The translations under genes were made by a program, and so were the position numbers. Below are positions 12,920 to 21,890 of a stretch of 64,000 bases of DNA, piece by piece; position 1 is the stretch's first letter; every line of letters begins with the position of its first letter. Location of the stretch: positions 64,001-128,000 of the forward strand of contig CAVPNL010000009.1 of the NCBI GenBank assembly GCA_963706575.1, given 5' to 3'. This DNA is from an uncultured delta proteobacterium (GTDB taxonomy: Bacteria > Desulfobacterota > Desulfobacteria > Desulfobacterales > JAHEIW01). The notes under the pieces were generated by a model. The model was not told where the DNA came from and made no database searches. It saw only the letters and a program-made list of their open reading frames with translations.

Positions 12920-13348
12920 TTATTTTCCCCTTGGCGCGACCCTGACCTGCATCATGACCTCACCGTATCCGAGGCATTCAACACCAGCATCAAGACATCT
13001 GACATGGCGCATGAAATGGAAATCATTGGGATCAAGAGCTTCACTTAATCTCTCATTGATTAAGGCCACCGGAATTGCCAATTGTGATATCAGATAGACG
13101 CACATTTTCTTAGGACATAATTTTGTTATAAAGTTACCATCCACATCCAGAATAAATTTTTGTCCGACCTGGTGTCCGGAGTTGCAGTGTTGGGCGCCGA
13201 CAACCTCTGCTTCAATGGTGTAATGTGGGGCCGCCAGAGAGAGACGTTCGACCTGCCTAATCCGGTGCCCGCCCTTATGGAATGAATCCAGCTGTGATTG
13301 GGTATAACCCACCCGTTGTCCATATTTTTCAATGATGTCTTTTACCAT
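12920..13348 (-). CDS. Cys-rich hypothetical protein (TIGR04076-like)
   Basis: HCNSGHQVGQKF, CPKKMC, RCLD...C pattern. Confidence 0.55.
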   Translation of the reverse strand: MVKDIIEKYGQRVGYTQSQLDSFHKGGHRIRQVERLSLAAPHYTIEAEVVGAQHCNSGHQVGQKFILDVDGNFITKLCPKKMCVYLISQLAIPVALINERLSEALDPNDFHFMRHVRCLDAGVECLGYGEVMMQVRVAPRGK

Positions 13349-13367
13349 TCTTTCGCTATTCTCTCCT

Positions 13368-14003
13368 TCAATAAGTTAAGAGGGGTGTTTTTGATAAATA
13401 CGCCTTCTCTTTGATTTCGTTTAAAATAAAATGGGCCACATCGGCACGTGATATTTTTCCGGCTTTGACACCTTCAAGATCGACTAGCACCCGGTAGTTT
13501 TCTGTAAGCGGCCCGTTGGTGAGAAATCCCGGGCGAACAATGACCCACTCCAGATTAGAATTACGCACCAGTGCCTCCTGGCGCGCTTTATCTTCATATA
13601 TGGTTTTTAGCAAAAGTGGATTAAAGATTCGGTCGTAAAAAAAGCCGCCGTGATTTTTGCTGTCGCCGGCGCCGATACCGGTGACACATATCAGCTGATT
13701 TGCATCTGAATTCGCCAGGGCTTCGATAACGGTTTTAGCACCTTCTGAAAATACGGTAACGGGCTTGCGGGTCGGATTGATACCGATAGTGATGCACACC
13801 GCGTCCTGATCTTCAACCGCGCGGTTGACAGCCTCGCTGTCGCGGATATCGCCTTTAATCACGCTCAGCCGGTCTTGGCTAACCGGCAGCCGTCCGGGAT
13901 CGCGAACCAATGCCCTAACCGTATGGCCCTCATCAAGGGCCAGTTCAACAAGGCGGCGGCCGATTCCGCGAGTTGCGCCAATAACCAAAAGCTTCATATG
14001 CAT
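13368..14003 (-). CDS. NAD(P)H-binding atypical SDR / flavin reductase-like
   Basis: IGATRGIG, VRDP, VRPGFLT, ISRADVA. Confidence 0.9.
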   Translation of the reverse strand: MHMKLLVIGATRGIGRRLVELALDEGHTVRALVRDPGRLPVSQDRLSVIKGDIRDSEAVNRAVEDQDAVCITIGINPTRKPVTVFSEGAKTVIEALANSDANQLICVTGIGAGDSKNHGGFFYDRIFNPLLLKTIYEDKARQEALVRNSNLEWVIVRPGFLTNGPLTENYRVLVDLEGVKAGKISRADVAHFILNEIKEKAYLSKTPLLTY

Positions 14004-14015
14004 GCCTTCCTTCGC

Positions 14016-14762
14016 TTAGTTCAGTTTTTGGGGGAGCTGTTCCAGGAGAACCCATTTTACCGTAACGCGGCGAATCAGCTCCGGCCAGAGTTCGGATGGA
14101 TTTTGTGAAAAAACCGATTCCGCGTCCGCCTTTATAACATGCCAATCTCCGCGGGTTCTCTCAAAATCGAGTTGACTGGGTGCCCAGCCGGCATAACCGG
14201 CAAACAGCCGAAAGCGCTGCTCTTTGGTTGCCTTTTTTTTCATCAGGTGCTCGAGCACTTTCCAGCTGGAGCTGATGTAGACATCGGGAGCGACGGCGGT
14301 CGCATCTTCAGGCACTTTGGATGATCGGATAAGCAACAGCATCTGGTTTACGGCCACCGGCCCGCCAACGTAAATGGTATCTTTGAGCTGTTTTAGCTCC
14401 TTGATATCCGGAAATACCGTCGCCAGTTTTACCGTTGAAGGGCGGTTGATTACCAGCCCCATGGCACCGTCCAGTCCGTACTCGATCAGAAGCACCACGG
14501 TTTCCCGAAAATTTGGATCCTGGAGCTGGCGACTGGCCACCAGAAATTTTCCTTTCGCCAATTCTTCCCTGGATTCCGGCCTGCCGGGTCTTTCTTTGGG
14601 AATAGCGGCATTGAATCCCGGGCGCGCGGGATGGGGTTCGGTGGATTCCGCTGCTAAATGTGGGATTAAAAAAGGTGTTGCCTGCAAGATCAGGATCGCC
14701 AGCAGGAAATGGAATACCAGCAGTTGTGTCAGACGTTTGTTTCGGTATCTGGCGGGATTCAG
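14016..14762 (-). CDS. YqgE/AlgH family protein with probable signal peptide
   Basis: FLVAS..LQDPNF.ETVVLL, GAMGLVINRP, YVGGPV, FAGYAGW; start extended to an SD-preceded CTG at 14762 (ORF track TTG at 14687). Confidence 0.85.
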   Translation of the reverse strand: MNPARYRNKRLTQLLVFHFLLAILILQATPFLIPHLAAESTEPHPARPGFNAAIPKERPGRPESREELAKGKFLVASRQLQDPNFRETVVLLIEYGLDGAMGLVINRPSTVKLATVFPDIKELKQLKDTIYVGGPVAVNQMLLLIRSSKVPEDATAVAPDVYISSSWKVLEHLMKKKATKEQRFRLFAGYAGWAPSQLDFERTRGDWHVIKADAESVFSQNPSELWPELIRRVTVKWVLLEQLPQKLN

Positions 14763-14882
14763 TCTTACCCCCCCTTTCTATCTTAATAACTTGGGGATGA
14801 CAGTGGAGATATCAAGGTTCGGTTTTAACAGGAAATGAATCGGCGCGTCAAGATGGCAGAAGCGGTAGGGTGTGGCCCTGTT

Positions 14883-15411
14883 TTATTCGCTGAATCCCAG
14901 ACCTTTAAAGCCCTCTAAATGCGCCTGCTTGACCCGCCACGTGCCGTCTTTTTTCAGCAGCTGAAGCTTAATCTGGAATAGATCCGCATTTTCCCCCACC
15001 GTTTCAAGCCAGCGCCGGGGTTCTTCGTAGAGATCTTTTACGTCGGGAATCGTGCGATCCTTTTTGACGATCAGCAAATAGATCATGCAGGTAGCGCTGT
15101 TGTCTGTGGCTGAAATATCAACGGAGGGCTTCGGATACAGGACCTTCAGTTTGCCATAGTGCATTAGGGCCGCGAAGATGAATGCGCTTGATTTCTAACC
15201 GATTGTGATGGCCCGGAAGGGCCACAACATCTTCGGTGGTCAGCTCCATAATTCCACTGATATTGTGGTCTTCGGCCAGTTTGGCACCTTCTTTAATCAA
15301 TGCGCGGATGACCTGCACATCATCTTTTTGCGAGCAGGCCGCCGCCAAAAAAAAGAAGAAAAATACCATCCAGAGTATCATCATTTGTGTCAGGGTTTTT
15401 CTATCCATCAT
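14883..15411 (-). pseudogene. Frameshifted NTF2/SnoaL-like lipoprotein
   Basis: LAAA-C lipobox ORF joins ORF 14883-15164 if one base near 15180 is removed (KRI|IFAALMHYGK). Confidence 0.65.
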
Positions 15412-15428
15412 CTTATCCCCTTTAAAAT

Positions 15429-15794
15429 TCATATCCAAACGTTATCTTCCGCGGTTAAATCACCACCTGTATCGCCGGTGTTTATCGTACCTGTTGGTTC
15501 AACCAGCATTATTTCACATTGTTTTTCAGCATATGGTTTATGCTCAACCCCCTTGGGAACAATAAATAATTCTCCGTGTTTCAATTCGATTTTTCCATCA
15601 CGGAAATCAATAGACATCTTGCCGTCAAGTACGATAAAAACTTCATCGGTGTCATCATGGCGATGCCAGATGAAGTCGCCTTGAAATTTCACAAGCTTGA
15701 AATGATAGTCATTCATCTGGGCAATGATTTTAGGTGACCAGTGGTCGGAGAATTTGGCGAGTTTTTCGCGAAGATTGATGGGCTTAAACTCCAT
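15429..15794 (-). CDS. Cupin domain protein
   Basis: [28 protein letters not shown]. Confidence 0.9.
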   Translation of the reverse strand: MEFKPINLREKLAKFSDHWSPKIIAQMNDYHFKLVKFQGDFIWHRHDDTDEVFIVLDGKMSIDFRDGKIELKHGELFIVPKGVEHKPYAEKQCEIMLVEPTGTINTGDTGGDLTAEDNVWI

Positions 15795-16091
15795 TTTTCC
15801 TCCATATCGTTGCTAGGTAACGTCAGGCTTAAGATGCCGTGCATTTAGAATATGTTACCGAACAATAGGACCAAAAGTGTATACTTGGCAAGAGGGATTT
15901 CGTTGATGTGGCGAAGAACAATCCACGGGAATCAAATTTTTTGCTACTGATTGATGATGGATCCGACGCTACAGCGTAGGTGGCTGTCAGATTCCTACCG
16001 ACATGAAAGTGATATTCACTACCGCTTCTTCGCTAAACTCCTGAATGGCGACAGATATCATCCCGTTCTTCTTTTCTGCTTAGCGAATCAG

Positions 16092-17336
16092 CTATTTAAA
16101 CAGACGAAGTGTCATCGGATACCGAAAGTCCTCACCCTCATTGGCCTTGATACCACCGATGATGATCATAATCAGGCCGAATATCACCAGCGCAAAAATG
16201 AGGAAAAACCCGATGATGATGATACACAAAAGAAACGAAATCAAAGAGTAGATCATCAAGGTGATCTGAAAGTTAAGGGATTCCTTGGCCTGTTCGACGA
16301 CAAAGTCGGATTCGTGTTTCTTTATTTGCCAGATAACGATGGGGGCGATGATATTGCCCAGGGGCACAAACATGGAAGAAAAGGTGCCGATGTGGGCAAA
16401 CATGGCCCACTGGCGCTCCTCTTTTTCGGTAATGGGTTCGCCTCGATGGATTTGCTTATAGTTTTGACGTTTGACCAGAACCACCAGCGCCATTACCGGA
16501 CCGGCGATAAAACCCAGAAAAAACAACCCCAATACCCAAACCATGCTTTTTATCAACTCAGCTATATCAAACTGTCGAATCAGCAGCCCATCGCCGCTCG
16601 GAATTTCACCGTCAACGATGGCGCTGTAGGTACCGAGGGTGTCGAATTGAACCTTTGCGATCGCCTGCCGTACGGTTGTGCCGAAATTCTCTGTTCCTGA
16701 AAATTCAGGCCGCTTTAATGCTAATTCATATCCGGTGACAAGATCCATAATGGTGACACCGAAATTCCGGCCCAATTGATTGTTGGCCATATTGAAAGCG
16801 GTAAAGGCGTTTGTTTCGTAATAAATTAAATAAGTACCGGGTTTGTTGATCTGAAGGTCTGTTTCACCCGGCACCATCAACCGCGTTCCGCCGGAAAGAT
16901 ATGATTGAAAGACGCTGTACATGCTGATCACACCGGCAATCATGGGAACTGTAAAAACCAAAATGGCAGCTATATACCAAAACCTTTTGGGGCGAATGTC
17001 TGCCGGTGCTATCTCGGGTTTAGCCTTCGCAGGCGGCGCCTGAACCGTATGGCCCGGCTCTGATTTAGGCGGCAGCGGCGGCGGCGTCTTGGCACTGCAA
17101 TCATCCACCTGCGTGATTGTGCAATCCGCACCGGCTTCTTTTAAGGCATTATTGATTTTAATGACGGTCTGGTGATCGACATTTTTTTTAATTAAAAAGC
17201 GGTCGCCTGAAAAAAGTTTGTATATTTTTTCTTCGTTTGCTTTCAGCAGTTTGGCCAGGTTCGCTTTGACCTCATCGATATCCCATCCCGGGATGATTTG
17301 TCCTGTGAATTCGAGATTATATAGCTTTTCTACCAT
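16092..17336 (-). CDS. Membrane protein with C-terminal DUF4870 domain
   Basis: ERQWAMFAH, IAPIVIW, AKESLNFQIT, FRYP; N-terminal VKANLAKLLK domain, Pro-rich linker, TM helices. Confidence 0.8.
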   Translation of the reverse strand: MVEKLYNLEFTGQIIPGWDIDEVKANLAKLLKANEEKIYKLFSGDRFLIKKNVDHQTVIKINNALKEAGADCTITQVDDCSAKTPPPLPPKSEPGHTVQAPPAKAKPEIAPADIRPKRFWYIAAILVFTVPMIAGVISMYSVFQSYLSGGTRLMVPGETDLQINKPGTYLIYYETNAFTAFNMANNQLGRNFGVTIMDLVTGYELALKRPEFSGTENFGTTVRQAIAKVQFDTLGTYSAIVDGEIPSGDGLLIRQFDIAELIKSMVWVLGLFFLGFIAGPVMALVVLVKRQNYKQIHRGEPITEKEERQWAMFAHIGTFSSMFVPLGNIIAPIVIWQIKKHESDFVVEQAKESLNFQITLMIYSLISFLLCIIIIGFFLIFALVIFGLIMIIIGGIKANEGEDFRYPMTLRLFK

Positions 17337-17522
17337 TTTGGGTCCTTTATGTCCGCAGTGATTATGCCCCTGTGCGGGCAGGGGCGGGACCTGTGGGCTC
17401 CAATTTTATCTTCGGTCGAAAAGAGGAAATTGTTTAGGCCTTTTTCAATTTTGACGTGTTTGAGCACATCTGTTATATTTTCCAGCTGTTATTCATCTAT
17501 TTGATAAAGAGGAGGTCATCTC

Positions 17523-17927
17523 TTGGCGTTACAGCTGGTAAAAGACAGGCGTTGCTTTGTCTGTGGTGTGGAAAACCCTCACGGGCTAAAAGTAAAGATT
17601 GTGTATGATGGTGTCGATCGGGTCGAGGCGGAATTTATAGCCGAAGATCGCTATCGGGGCTGGTCCGACTATCTTCATGGCGGGGTTTTAACTCTCATTT
17701 TTGATGAAATGCTGGGATGGCTGTCACGCTATATGGGGCATGATGCCATGACCGCCAGACTGGAGGTGCGTTACCGCAAGCCAGTACCGTTGGGCAGCCG
17801 GCTGACATTTAACGGTGTTTTGGAAAGAGAGATAAAAGGGCTGCTGGATATCAAGCTGGAAGCCAAACTGGATGATGGATCCGTGGTGGCGGAAGGAAAA
17901 GGCCGGATGATGATCATTGAAGATTAA
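17523..17927 (+). CDS. PaaI family thioesterase
   Basis: CFVCG.ENPHGL, LHGG..TLIFDE, TARLEVRYRKP; GAGGAGG SD with TTG start. Confidence 0.9.
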   Translation: MALQLVKDRRCFVCGVENPHGLKVKIVYDGVDRVEAEFIAEDRYRGWSDYLHGGVLTLIFDEMLGWLSRYMGHDAMTARLEVRYRKPVPLGSRLTFNGVLEREIKGLLDIKLEAKLDDGSVVAEGKGRMMIIED

Positions 17928-17960
17928 CTGGACGACTGCCTGCCTGAATTCCGATCCAAT

Positions 17961-18087
17961 TAGAACCCATCTCAAAAATAGGATTTTGGTTCAAGATTCC
18001 GTCTTCGCCTAAAGGCTTCGCAGGGACACGCGCGTTGAGGCACCAACAAAGATATTAGGCCAAAAGACATTTTTGAGATGGGTTCTA
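17961..18087. mobile_element. MITE (127 bp) with 19-bp terminal inverted repeats
   Basis: TAGAACCCATCTCAAAAAT ... ATTTTTGAGATGGGTTCTA; no ORF inside; TA at both ends. Confidence 0.8.
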
Positions 18088-18258
18088 TTGAATATCATCT
18101 ACCGTGTAGGTTCCCCATTGGCCGATCTTGACGATGCCGTCTTCCTCCAGGCCCTCTTGAATCGATTGAAAAACCGCATCGACGGCTTTGGCGGCAGTCT
18201 TTTTGGGGAGATCGCCCAGTTTTTCGGCGACTCTTTTCACCAATTCTGTTTTATTCAT
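18085..18258 (-). CDS. Short (57 aa) HU-family DNA-binding protein, not in ORF track
   Basis: MNKTELVKRVAEKLGDLPKKTAAKAVDAVFQSIQEGLEEDGIVKIGQWGTYTVDDIQ*; SD AAGAGGGTAGGA. Confidence 0.75.
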   Translation of the reverse strand: MNKTELVKRVAEKLGDLPKKTAAKAVDAVFQSIQEGLEEDGIVKIGQWGTYTVDDIQ

Positions 18259-18270
18259 TCCTACCCTCTT

Positions 18271-18699
18271 TTATTTCCATCCAATGACTTTGTACCCCTT
18301 ATCCCGCAGGCACTGCTCCACAAAACGGCGCTCGATCTCATCGGGATCGCCCGATTTCATGGCGCCGCGTGCCAGGCCTCCCGCACCGCCGCCGGCTGCT
18401 CCGGCGGCTAATCCGCGACCGGGGCGTCCGGTGACCAGCCCCACAGCGCCTCCAACCGCAGCACCCACTGCAGCGCCTTTTGCAGTTGAACCGGCCACCT
18501 TTTTGCCTTGATCGGTCGCATGGCCGTAGTCGGCAGCCAGCTGGATGCAGTCATTAATATCGGCCTCCGCCGCAGATTTGCCCACAGCCTGGTAGGTTGG
18601 ATTGGGGTAGAGAACCGGGCGCTTTTTGGCACAGGCCGACATCAAAACCGCGGTGCCAAGCAGGAATATGACGATTGCATATCTTTTTTTCATGATCAA
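18271..18699 (-). CDS. Glycine-zipper lipoprotein
   Basis: LMSA-C lipobox; GAAVGAAVGGAVG...GAAGGGAGG; CLRDKGY. Confidence 0.85.
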   Translation of the reverse strand: MIMKKRYAIVIFLLGTAVLMSACAKKRPVLYPNPTYQAVGKSAAEADINDCIQLAADYGHATDQGKKVAGSTAKGAAVGAAVGGAVGLVTGRPGRGLAAGAAGGGAGGLARGAMKSGDPDEIERRFVEQCLRDKGYKVIGWK

Positions 18700-18867
18700 T
18701 TACCTTGATTATCATACCTAAAAAAAGCGTTTGGCGATAGTTAATTTTTTATAAACATCATCTCGGGTGGGAACCGGATCATTTGCTGTCATTGGATGCA
18801 TTTATTCTTACAGACGCGTCACAATGTTACTTTTGTCTACAAATTTTTATGACTTACTGAATGTATA

Positions 18868-19236
18868 TCAGGCATTTGGCCGGGGCCCGGCTTCATCATT
18901 CTGTTCAAGCCCCGAGCTTTCGGGATCGGGTTTGCCTGTGGACGCATCCCGTACGGAAGGATCAACGAACACGTCCCACAGCTGCTGGTGGCGAGATCCC
19001 TGGCGGATTCTTTCATGGATGAAGTAAAAGAGATAAGCCAGAAACAGTCCGAGAAAAATAAAAAAAGAGACAATCAAAAGGGATTCGACTAGGGTTGCCA
19101 TTGCAGTGCTGAAATTTTCGCTTTTGGCCATGCGGTAGACCACCGTGAAAATAAACACCAGCAACGCCGAGACAAATAGAATTGTGTGCAAGGGGTTAAT
19201 TATGCGCCCCTGCCGGTTTTGAACCTGCCGCGTCAT
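18868..19236 (-). CDS. Hypothetical membrane protein
   Basis: Two hydrophobic helices; AAGGGG SD before ATG 19236. Confidence 0.55.
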   Translation of the reverse strand: MTRQVQNRQGRIINPLHTILFVSALLVFIFTVVYRMAKSENFSTAMATLVESLLIVSFFIFLGLFLAYLFYFIHERIRQGSRHQQLWDVFVDPSVRDASTGKPDPESSGLEQNDEAGPRPNA

Positions 19237-19396
19237 TTTTTTCCCCTTTTCCCCCTCTGGCCTTAGATTAAAGTATATCGAAAATCGGCTCAAATGGCAA
19301 TTTTTTCTGCTAAGCATTCATCAGAATTATCTTGACAAATATGGCAATAAGGTTCAAACATAAGCATATTAATAGTCATATTATAGATATATATAA

Positions 19397-20059
19397 ATGA
19401 TTTCAATAGGTTCAAGAAATAATTTGCTTTACGTCGATATTTTCGAAACCATCCGGGACCGAATCGTGTTTGGTCATTATCCGCCTGGAATGAATCTGTC
19501 GGAGAAGGATCTTTGCCGGGAGTTCAATGTCAGTCGCACCCCGTTGAGAGAGGCCATTCAAAAACTGGTAGACTTGAAGCTGGTTACCGTTATCCCGCGC
19601 TTCGGTACCCATGTGACACCGATTGATATCCAGGAAATTCGCAGTGCGTTTGAGGTCAAAATAAAGCTCGAAGGGCTGGCCGGCGAGCTGGCAGCCGTGC
19701 GCATCGGGCCCGATCAGCTGGAAGTGCTGGATGGGCTCATAAAAGAAGCTGCTCGTGGTAATCAAAAGAGCGAAGACCGCCGGCACCATCGCCTGATCGA
19801 AATTGATAGCCGCTTTCATACCATCATTCATCAGGCGACCCGGAATCCGATTCTGCAGGAATTTCTGAATAATCTTCATTACCGCTGTGCCAGACTCTGG
19901 AATTCGTCTTTGAATGATGTGGTCCCCAATGAGGAAATTATTGACCAGCTGCAAAGCGTTTGCAATGCGCTCAGGCGAAAGGACCCGGAAAGTGCCCGCA
20001 AGCATATGGAGCGGCATGTTCAATATTTTATTGACGAAATTAAAATGCGACTTTTGTAA
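19397..20059 (+). CDS. GntR family transcriptional regulator (FCD domain)
   Basis: LSEKDLCREFNVSRTPLREA HTH; DSRFH..I..ATRNPIL; MERHV. Confidence 0.93.
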   Translation: MISIGSRNNLLYVDIFETIRDRIVFGHYPPGMNLSEKDLCREFNVSRTPLREAIQKLVDLKLVTVIPRFGTHVTPIDIQEIRSAFEVKIKLEGLAGELAAVRIGPDQLEVLDGLIKEAARGNQKSEDRRHHRLIEIDSRFHTIIHQATRNPILQEFLNNLHYRCARLWNSSLNDVVPNEEIIDQLQSVCNALRRKDPESARKHMERHVQYFIDEIKMRLL

Positions 20060-20090
20060 TTCAAGCCAAGACAATTTTTAGGAGGAAATC

Positions 20091-20501
20091 ATGGAAGTTT
20101 TAAACTGGAAAGATAAAGAAGACGTTGAAATCAAGACATTCCCTTACCGGGGCCAGCAACACGATGTCAAAGGCATCAGCATTCGCTGGCTCTCACAACA
20201 CGGTGATGATGGCACGGGCTATCCCGAGTACGGTCTGCGGTTTTTCACAGCTCAGCCCGGCGGTGAAATCCCGATTCACAATCATTTTTATTACCAGACC
20301 ATGTACATCTTGAGCGGCCAGTTCGAATGCTATCAGTATGATCCGCAAACTGATGAAGTGGTTAAAAAAGTGGTGTGCGGGCCCGGGGATTTCATTTATG
20401 TTCCCAGCCTGGAACCCCACGGCATGAAAAACATCAGCGACACGGAAACGGCAACCTTTTTGTGCTGTATCGCCAACGTCTATGATCAGGAAGACGTATA
20501 A
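20091..20501 (+). CDS. Cupin domain protein
   Basis: PGGEIPIHNH...YILSG and GDFIYVPSLEPHG cupin motifs; AGGAGG SD. Confidence 0.88.
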   Translation: MEVLNWKDKEDVEIKTFPYRGQQHDVKGISIRWLSQHGDDGTGYPEYGLRFFTAQPGGEIPIHNHFYYQTMYILSGQFECYQYDPQTDEVVKKVVCGPGDFIYVPSLEPHGMKNISDTETATFLCCIANVYDQEDV

Positions 20502-20513
20502 CCGGAGGATATC

Positions 20514-21677
20514 ATGAAAATTGCGAAGAGATTGGAAACATTCGAAGCCTATCTGGGCACCGCAATGAATGTGATCCTTACGCGCATGAAAGACGAGGGC
20601 AAGGATGTGATTAACCTGGGGCTGGGAGATCCCGACGTCCAGCCGCCGGACGAACAGCGCCAGGCCCTGGCAGATGCCTGTATGGATGTGGATCATCACC
20701 ATTATCCCAGCTTTTATTCACCGATGCCTTTTAAGGAAGCTATCGCCGGATGGTACCAGCGACACTTTGAGGTCCAGTGTGATCCGGAAACCGAGGTGCT
20801 GGCACTACTGGGCTCAGCCGATGGTCTTTTTCACATTCACACCTGTCTGCTTGATCATGGCGACATCGCCCTGGTGCCGGATCCATGTTATCCGGCCTAT
20901 GTCGCCGGGGTAAAAATTGCCGGAGGTGTTATTGAAACGGTGCCGCTTAAAAAGGAAAACGGGTTCATGCCGGATCTGGCTGCCATCAGGCCGGAAGTGG
21001 CCCATAAAGCCAAAATGATATGGGTGAATTACCCCAACAATCCCACCACGGCCGTGGCAACCGAAGAATTTTATCAAAACCTGATCGATTGGGCCCACAA
21101 GTACGATGTGGCCGTCATTTCCGATAATCCCTATTCGGAGGTGTGTTTCGAGGATTACCGCGCCCCCAGTTTTTTGCAATTTGACGGTGCCAAGGAGGTC
21201 GGAATTGAATTCAATTCATTGTCCAAGGCGTATAATGCCTGTGGTTGGCGCACCGGTATGATGCTGGGAAACCAAGACATCATCGCGGGCATGGCCAAAA
21301 TCAAATCCCATTCCGACCGGGGCATGTTTTATCCGCTTCAGGTGGCCGCTACCGAAGCGCTAAACGGTCCCACCGATTTTATGGCTGAGCGCAATCGCAT
21401 GTACCGGAAACGGCGGGACGTGGTTGTCAATGGCCTGCTCGACATGGGACTGGATTTGCAGATTCCTCAGGCCACTTTTTATGTCTGGGCCGATATTCCC
21501 AAAGGCTTCAAAGATTCAAAGGAATTTTGTTTTAAGGTGCTGGATGAAATTGCGGTCTGGATGATTCCCGGCTCGATGTACGGTACATACGGCGAAGGTT
21601 TTTTCCGTATTGCCCTGACCCATCCGGCCGAGCGGCTGGCCGAAGCCATGGAGCGGTTGGGGAAGTTTCTTACTTAA
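20514..21677 (+). CDS. PLP-dependent aminotransferase class I/II (LL-DAP aminotransferase-like)
   Basis: INLGLGDPD, NYPNNPT, DNPYSE, SLSKAYNACGWRTG, FFRIAL. Confidence 0.92.
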   Translation: MKIAKRLETFEAYLGTAMNVILTRMKDEGKDVINLGLGDPDVQPPDEQRQALADACMDVDHHHYPSFYSPMPFKEAIAGWYQRHFEVQCDPETEVLALLGSADGLFHIHTCLLDHGDIALVPDPCYPAYVAGVKIAGGVIETVPLKKENGFMPDLAAIRPEVAHKAKMIWVNYPNNPTTAVATEEFYQNLIDWAHKYDVAVISDNPYSEVCFEDYRAPSFLQFDGAKEVGIEFNSLSKAYNACGWRTGMMLGNQDIIAGMAKIKSHSDRGMFYPLQVAATEALNGPTDFMAERNRMYRKRRDVVVNGLLDMGLDLQIPQATFYVWADIPKGFKDSKEFCFKVLDEIAVWMIPGSMYGTYGEGFFRIALTHPAERLAEAMERLGKFLT

Positions 21678-21708
21678 TAAGGAATTACATCCATTTTAAT
21701 TTATTACG

Positions 21709-21859
21709 CACGCAAAGGCGCAAAGCTGCTAAGGCGCAAAGAATTTTGATTTACGGTTATGCAGAAAGCCCAAGTTAAGCTCTTTCAACCACGAAGAGCA
21801 CGAAGGACACGAAAAGGGATTTTAAATTTATTCTATCCTACCTTCGTGATCTTCGTGGT
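21709..21859. repeat. Two periodic-arm elements (CGCAAAGG 8-mer; CACGAAG 9-mer inverted)
   Basis: cacgcaaaggcgcaaagctgctaaggcgcaaag; aaccacgaagagcacgaaggacacgaa ... cttcgtgatcttcgtggt. Confidence 0.75.
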
Positions 21860-21890
21860 GAGATAACTATCGGAGGTATTCAACTGGAGA

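Noticed and set aside
15816..15859. GGTAAC...GTTACC inverted pair resembling an integron attC site upstream of the cupin gene
   Set aside because: Ends do not fit RYYYAAC / GTTRRRY on either strand, inner pairing is poor, and there is no integrase or second site
15951..16700. 249-aa plus-strand ORF
   Set aside because: Mostly antisense to the DUF4870 gene; no family motifs
19412..20074. 220-aa ORF antisense to gntR
   Set aside because: Shadow frame of a well-supported gene, no recognisable motifs
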